Shown piece after piece: positions 58,901-64,000 of a stretch of DNA of 64,000 nt; the first letter of the stretch is position 1, and each line of letters starts with the position of its first letter. Location of the stretch: contig QPMI01000046.1 in the NCBI GenBank assembly GCA_004431415.1, forward strand, positions 1 through 64,000. The letters run 5' to 3'. The notes under the pieces were generated by a model that saw only the letters and a list, made by a program, of their open reading frames with translations, ran no database searches and was not told where the DNA came from. Source of the stretch: Cyanophora paradoxa CCMP329 (lineage: Eukaryota > Plantae > Glaucophyta). The position numbers were made by a program, and so were the translations under genes.

Positions 58901-61900
58901 GAAGCTGCCGCGAAAAAGCGCGTCAGCGCCCGCAGAGACGGCCCGCGCGCGAAACACGGCTGCCGCACCTCGGGACATTGCCGAGGCCGCTCGGCGTGGT
59001 CCACGCCAGCAGCGCGCTCGGGCTGGAGCCGGAGCCCGCCGGCGTCGACGTCAGCGCGATGCCGGAGCTCGGATCGCTCGGCAGCGAGGCCGCGAGCGGC
59101 GACGAGGCCGGGCCCGCGACGCCATTGCTGTCGAACGGCACCACCTGCAGGGTCAGGGTCGAGGCGCCGCCGTTGGTCGGCAGGCCGGAGACCGGGACCG
59201 AGGTCTGGCCGCCGGGGACCGACGCGACGGGCTTGCCGTCCTTGAGGACGGTGTACGAGGCGGGCGAGCCCGAGGCCGGGCGCTTCCACGAGAGGGTGGC
59301 GGAGCCGGGGCCGCTGCCGTTGAAGCTGCTGAGGGCCAGGCTCGAGGGGGCGAGCGGGCTCGGGGCGGGCGCATCCACGCCAGAGCGGCAATGCCGGCGC
59401 GGGGCTCGACGGGCTGGCAGGGCCGAACGCGCCACCGAAGCTGCCCGACCCGGACGGACCGCTCGGCGAGGTCGCGCGGCCGGCGCCATCGCCGCGCAAG
59501 TTAGACGCCGAGGAATAAAGGCCGTCCGATCCGCCGGCGCGCCGCCGTACCCGGCGCCGCTCAGGGCCGCCGCTCCGATGCCGGCGTACGGGCCAGGCCA
59601 TAGCCGGAGCCCGAGCTGGAAGCGGGGTTCAAGGCCGGGCCCACCGCGCCGTTCGCCGCGACCGGCATAACCTGGTAGACGCTGCCGGGCTCGCCGCTCT
59701 TGGGCGAGACGTCGAACGTGGTCTGGTTGGCCGGGACGCTGCCGAGGACCTTGCCGTCGCCGATCACCGAGTAGCTCGCGGGGCTGCCCGCGCGCGGACG
59801 GTTCCACGAGAGGCGGCTCGACGAGAAGAGGCCCGGCGAGCTCGTCAGCTGCAGGTTCGAGGGCGCCATGTCCGCGGGGCTCGCGGGGCCCGCGCCGGAG
59901 CCGGCCGGGTACGAGGCGAGAGGCACGCTGTTGCTGGCGGGGCCCGCGGGGCTGCCCGACGACGACAGCGGCACAACCGAGAAGTACGAGTTGGCCGCCG
60001 CGCTCGGGCTGAGGCCCTTGGGCGCGAAGGTGTTGACGCCCGACGGCGAGGCCTTGGCAGTGGCGACCTGGCGGCCGTCCTGCAGGACGCCGAAGCTGCC
60101 GCGAAAAAGCGCGTCAGCGCCCGCAGAGACGGCCCCGCGCGCGAAACACGGCTGCCGCACCTCGGGACATTGCCGAGGCCGCTCGGCGTGGTCCACGCCA
60201 GCAGCGCGCTCGGGCTGGAGCCGGAGCCCGCCGGCGTCGACGTCAGCGCGATGCCGGAGCTCGGATCGCTCGGCAGCGAGGCCGCGAGCGGCGACGAGGC
60301 CGGGCCCGCGACGCCATTGCTGTCGAACGGCACCACCTGCAGGGTCGAGGCGCCGCCGTTGGTCGGCAGGCCGGAGACCGGGACCGAGGTCTGGCCGCCG
60401 GGGACCGACGCGACGGGCTTGCCGTCCTTGAGGACGGTGTACGAGGCGGGCGAGCCCGAGGCCGGGCGCTTCCACGAGAGGGTGGTGGAGCCGGGGCCGC
60501 TGCCGTTGAAGCTGCTGAGGGCCAGGCTCGAGGGCGCGAGCGGGCTCGGGGCGGGCGCGTCCACGCCAGAGTTGGCGATGCCGGCGCCAGGGCCAGACGA
60601 GGGCCCATACGGATCAGCTGCAGCCCCGCCGTAGCCGGGAACGCTTGCTCCGCTGTAGGCGGGCGCCGGGCCGGAGCCGCTGCTAGCCGTGTTCGAGGCC
60701 GGGCCCACCGCGCCGTTCGCCGCGACCGGCACAACCTGGTAGACGCTGCCGGGCTCGCCGCTCTTGGGCGAGACGTCGAACGTGGTCTGGTTTGCCGGGA
60801 CGCTGCCGAGGACCTTGCCGTCGCCGATCACCGAGTAGCTCGCGGGGCTGCCCGCGCGCGGACGGTTCCACGAGAGGCGGCTCGACGAGAAGAGGCCCGG
60901 CGAGCTCGTCAGCTGCAGGTTCGAGGGCGCCATGTCCGCGGGGCTCGCGGGGCCCGCGCCGGAGCCGGCCGGGTACGAGGCGAGAGGCACGCTGTTGCTG
61001 GCGGGGCCCGCGGGGCTGCCCGACGACGACAGCGGCACAACCGAGAAGTACGAGTTGGCCGCCGCGCTCGGGCTGAGGCCCTTGGGCGCGAAGGTGTTGA
61101 CGCCCGACGGCGAGGCCTTGGCAGTGGCGACCTGGCGGCCGTCCTGCAGGACGCCGAAGCTGCCGCGAAAAAGCGCGTCAGCGCCCGCTGAGACGGCCCC
61201 ACGCGCGAAACACGGCTGCCGCACCTTGGGACGTTGCCGAGGCCGCTCGGCGTGGTCCACGCCAGCAGCGCGCTCGGGCTGGAGCCGGAGCCCGCCGGCG
61301 TCGACGTCAGCGCGATGCCGGAGCTCGGGTCGCTCGGCAGCGAGGCCGCGAGCGGCGACGAGGCCGGGCCCGCGACGCCATTGCTGTCGAACGGCACCAC
61401 CTGCAGGGTTGAGGCGCCGCCGTTGGTCGGCAGGCCGGAGACCGGGACCGAGGTCTGGCCGCCGGGGACCGCCGCGACGGGCTTGCCGTCCTTGAGGACG
61501 GTGTACGAGGCGGGCGAGCCCGAGGCCGGGCGCTTCCACGAGAGGGTGGCGGAGCCGGGGCCGCTGCCGTTGAAGCTGCTGAGGCCCAGGCTCGAGGGGC
61601 GAGCGGGCTCGGGGCGGGCGCGTCCACGCCAGAGCCGGCAATGCCGGCGCCGGGGCTCGACGGGCTGGCGGGGCCGAACGCGCCACCGAAGCTGCCCGAC
61701 CCGGACGGACCGCTCGGCGAGGTCGCGCGGCCGGCGCCATCGCCGCGCAAGTTAGACGCCGAGGACCAAAGGCCATCCGATCCCGCCGGCGCGCCGCCGT
61801 ACCCGGCGCCGCTCAGGGCCGCCGCTCCGATGCCGGCGTACGGGCCAGGCCCATAGCCGGAGCCCGAGCTGGAAGCGAGGTTCGAGGCCGGGCCCACCGC

Positions 61901-64000
61901 GCCGTTCGCCGCGACCGGCATAACCTGGTAGACGCTGCCGGGCTCGCCGCTCTTGGGCGAGACGTCGAACGTGGTCTGGTTGGCCGGGACGCTGCCGAGG
62001 ACCTTGCCGTCGCCGATCACCGAGTAGCTCGCGGGCTGCCCGCGCGCGGACGGTTCCACGAGAGGCGGCCCGACGACCGAAGAGGCCCGGCGAGCTCGTC
62101 AGCTGCAGGTTCGAGGGCGCCATGTCCGCGGGGCTCGCGGGCCCGCGCCGGAGCCGGCCGGGTACGAGGCGAGAGGCACGCTGTTGCTGGCGGGGCCCGC
62201 GGGGCTGCCCGACGACGACAGCGGCACCACCGAGAAGTACGAGTTGGCCGCCGCGCTCGGGCTGAGGCCCTTGGGCGCGAAGGTGTTGACGCCCGACGGC
62301 GAGGCCTTGGCAGTGGCGACCTGGCGGCCGTCCTGCAGTACGCCGAAGCTGCCGCGAAAAAGCGCGTCAGCGCCCGCAGAGACGGCCCCGCGCGCGAAAC
62401 ACGGCTGCCGCACCTCGGGACGTTGCCGAGGCCGCTCGGCGTGGTCCACGCCAGCAGCGCGCTCGGGCTGGAGCCGGAGCCCGCCGGCGTCGACGTCAGC
62501 GCGATGCCGGAGCTCGGGTCGCTCGGCAGCGAGGCCGCGAGCGGCGACGAGGCCGGGCCCGCGACGCCATTGCTGTCGAACGGCACCACCTGCAGGGTCG
62601 AGGCGCCGCCGTTGGTCGGCAGGCCGGAGACCGGGACCGAGGTCTGGCCGCCGGGGACCGACGCGACGGGCTTGCCGTCCTTGAGGACGGTGTACGAGGC
62701 GGGCGAGCCCGAGGCCGGGCGCTTCCACGAGAGGGTGGCGGAGCCGGGACCGCTGCCGTTGAAGCTGCTGAGGGCCAGGCTCGAGGGCGCGAGCGGGCTC
62801 GGGGCGGGCGCGTCCACGCCAGAGCGGCGATGCCGGCACCAGGGCCAGACGAGGGCCCATACGGGCCCGCGCCAGGGCCACCGTAGCCGGGGGCGCCTGC
62901 TCCGCTGTAGGCGGGCGCCGGGCCCGAGCCGCTGCTAGCCGTGTTCGAGGCCGGGCCCACCGCGCCGTTCGCCGCGACCGGCACAACCTGGTAGACGCTG
63001 CCGGGCTCGCCGCTCTTGGGCGAGACGTCGAACGTGGTCTGGTTGGCCGGGACGCTGCCGAGGACCTTGCCGTCGCCGATCACCGAGTAGCTCGCGGGGC
63101 TGCCCGCGCGCGGACGGTTCCACGAGAGGCGGCTCGACGAGAAGAGGCCCGGCGAGCTCGTCAGCTGCAGGTTCGAGGGCGCCATGTCCGCGGGGCTCGC
63201 GGGACCCGCGCCGGAGCCGGCCGGGTACGAGGCGAGAGGCACGCTGTTGCTGGCGGGGCCCGCGGGGCTGCCCGACGACGACAGCGGCACCACCGAGAAG
63301 TACGAGTTGGCCGCCGCGCTCGGGCTGAGGCCCTTGGGCGCGAAGGTGTTGACGCCCGACGGCGAGGCCTTGGCAGTGGCGACCTGGCGGCCGTCCTGCA
63401 GGACGCCGAAGCTGCCGCGAAAAAGCGCGTCAGCGCCCGCTGAGACGGCCCCGCGCGCGAAACACGGCTGCCGCACCTCGGGACGTTGCCGAGGCCGCTC
63501 GGCGTGGTCCACGCCAGCAGCGCGCTCGGGCTGGAGCCGGAGCCCGCCGGCGTCGACGTCAGCGCGATGCCGGAGCTCGGGTCGCTCGGCAGCGAGGCCG
63601 CGAGCGGCGACGAGGCCGGGCCCGCGACGCCGTTGCTGTCGAACGGCACCACCTGCAGGGTCGAGGCGCCGCCGTTGGTCGGCAGGCCAAGACCGGACCG
63701 AGGTCTGGCCGCCGGGGACCGCCGCGACGGGCTTGCCGTCCTTGAGGACGGTGTACGAGGCGGGCGAGCCCGAGGCCGGGCGCTTCCACGAGAGGGTTGC
63801 GGAGCCGGGGCCGCTGCCGTTGAAGCTGCTGAGGGCGAGGCTCGAGGGCGCGAGCGGGCTCGGGGCGGGCGCATCCACGCCAGAGCCGGCAATGCCGGCG
63901 CCGGGGCTCGACGGGCTGGCAGGGCCGAACGCGCACCGAAGCTGCCCGACCCGGACGGACCGCTCGGCGAGGTCGCGCGGCCGGCGCCATCGCCGCGCAG
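55904..64000 (-). CDS. Large fibronectin type III-like repeat protein (about 20 modules in the window), multi-exon, 5' end outside the window
   Basis: Modules of type P.NL.LT...LSW..P...SY.V..DG.....VP..QTTF....YQV.PV...G.GP.S; 65-nt GT..CTGAC..CAG intron per repeat (57845-57909); last exon TSYQLADLPTG...CSSICLPCKLAAMLGK-stop (55904). Confidence 0.85.
57290..64000. repeat. Coding tandem repeat with alternating ~1062/1190-bp units (2.25-kb higher-order repeat)
   Basis: MAPSNLQ anchor at 57618, 58679, 59869, 60933, 62123 and 63185. Confidence 0.92.

Noticed and set aside
1-64000. Numerous frameshifts read as programmed frameshifting or pseudogenisation
   Set aside because: Most fall in G/C homopolymers, and duplicated segments differ mainly in homopolymer length, which is typical of long-read consensus error

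Overview
GC-rich eukaryotic DNA with short GT-AG introns, consistent with a protist or alga (species not identifiable from sequence). About 85% of the window is nested transposable elements. Left to right: (1) the 3' part of a Ty3/gypsy LTR retrotransposon G1 (+, 1-13154: long unannotated ORF region, PR-RT-RH-INT, PPT, 256-bp LTR); (2) small TIR elements separated by palindrome-rich spacers (13170-15985); (3) a related gypsy family G2 present as two oppositely oriented halves with apparently identical 358-bp LTRs: LTR-PBS-giant gag-PR on + (15986-~26000) and RT-RH-INT...PPT-LTR on - (~43725-26431), joined by a 171-bp tandem array in which each unit holds a pseudo-tRNA plus a tRNA-Asp-type PBS; (4) a ~11-kb non-LTR retrotransposon (APE-RT-RNase H, -) inside the G2 3' UTR, with predicted spliceosomal introns in ORF1 and an extra ORF; (5) a Tourist-like MITE; (6) a 9.8-kb A-S-B-S-A-S-B concatemer of TIR elements bounded by one TSD and carrying an intron-containing TCF25/Rqc1 fragment; (7) the 3' part of a host gene encoding about 20 fibronectin-III-like modules in a higher-order tandem repeat (-, 55904-64000). 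Many frameshifts fall in G/C homopolymers and are probably long-read consensus errors. All family and domain calls were made by eye from motifs; no database search was run.
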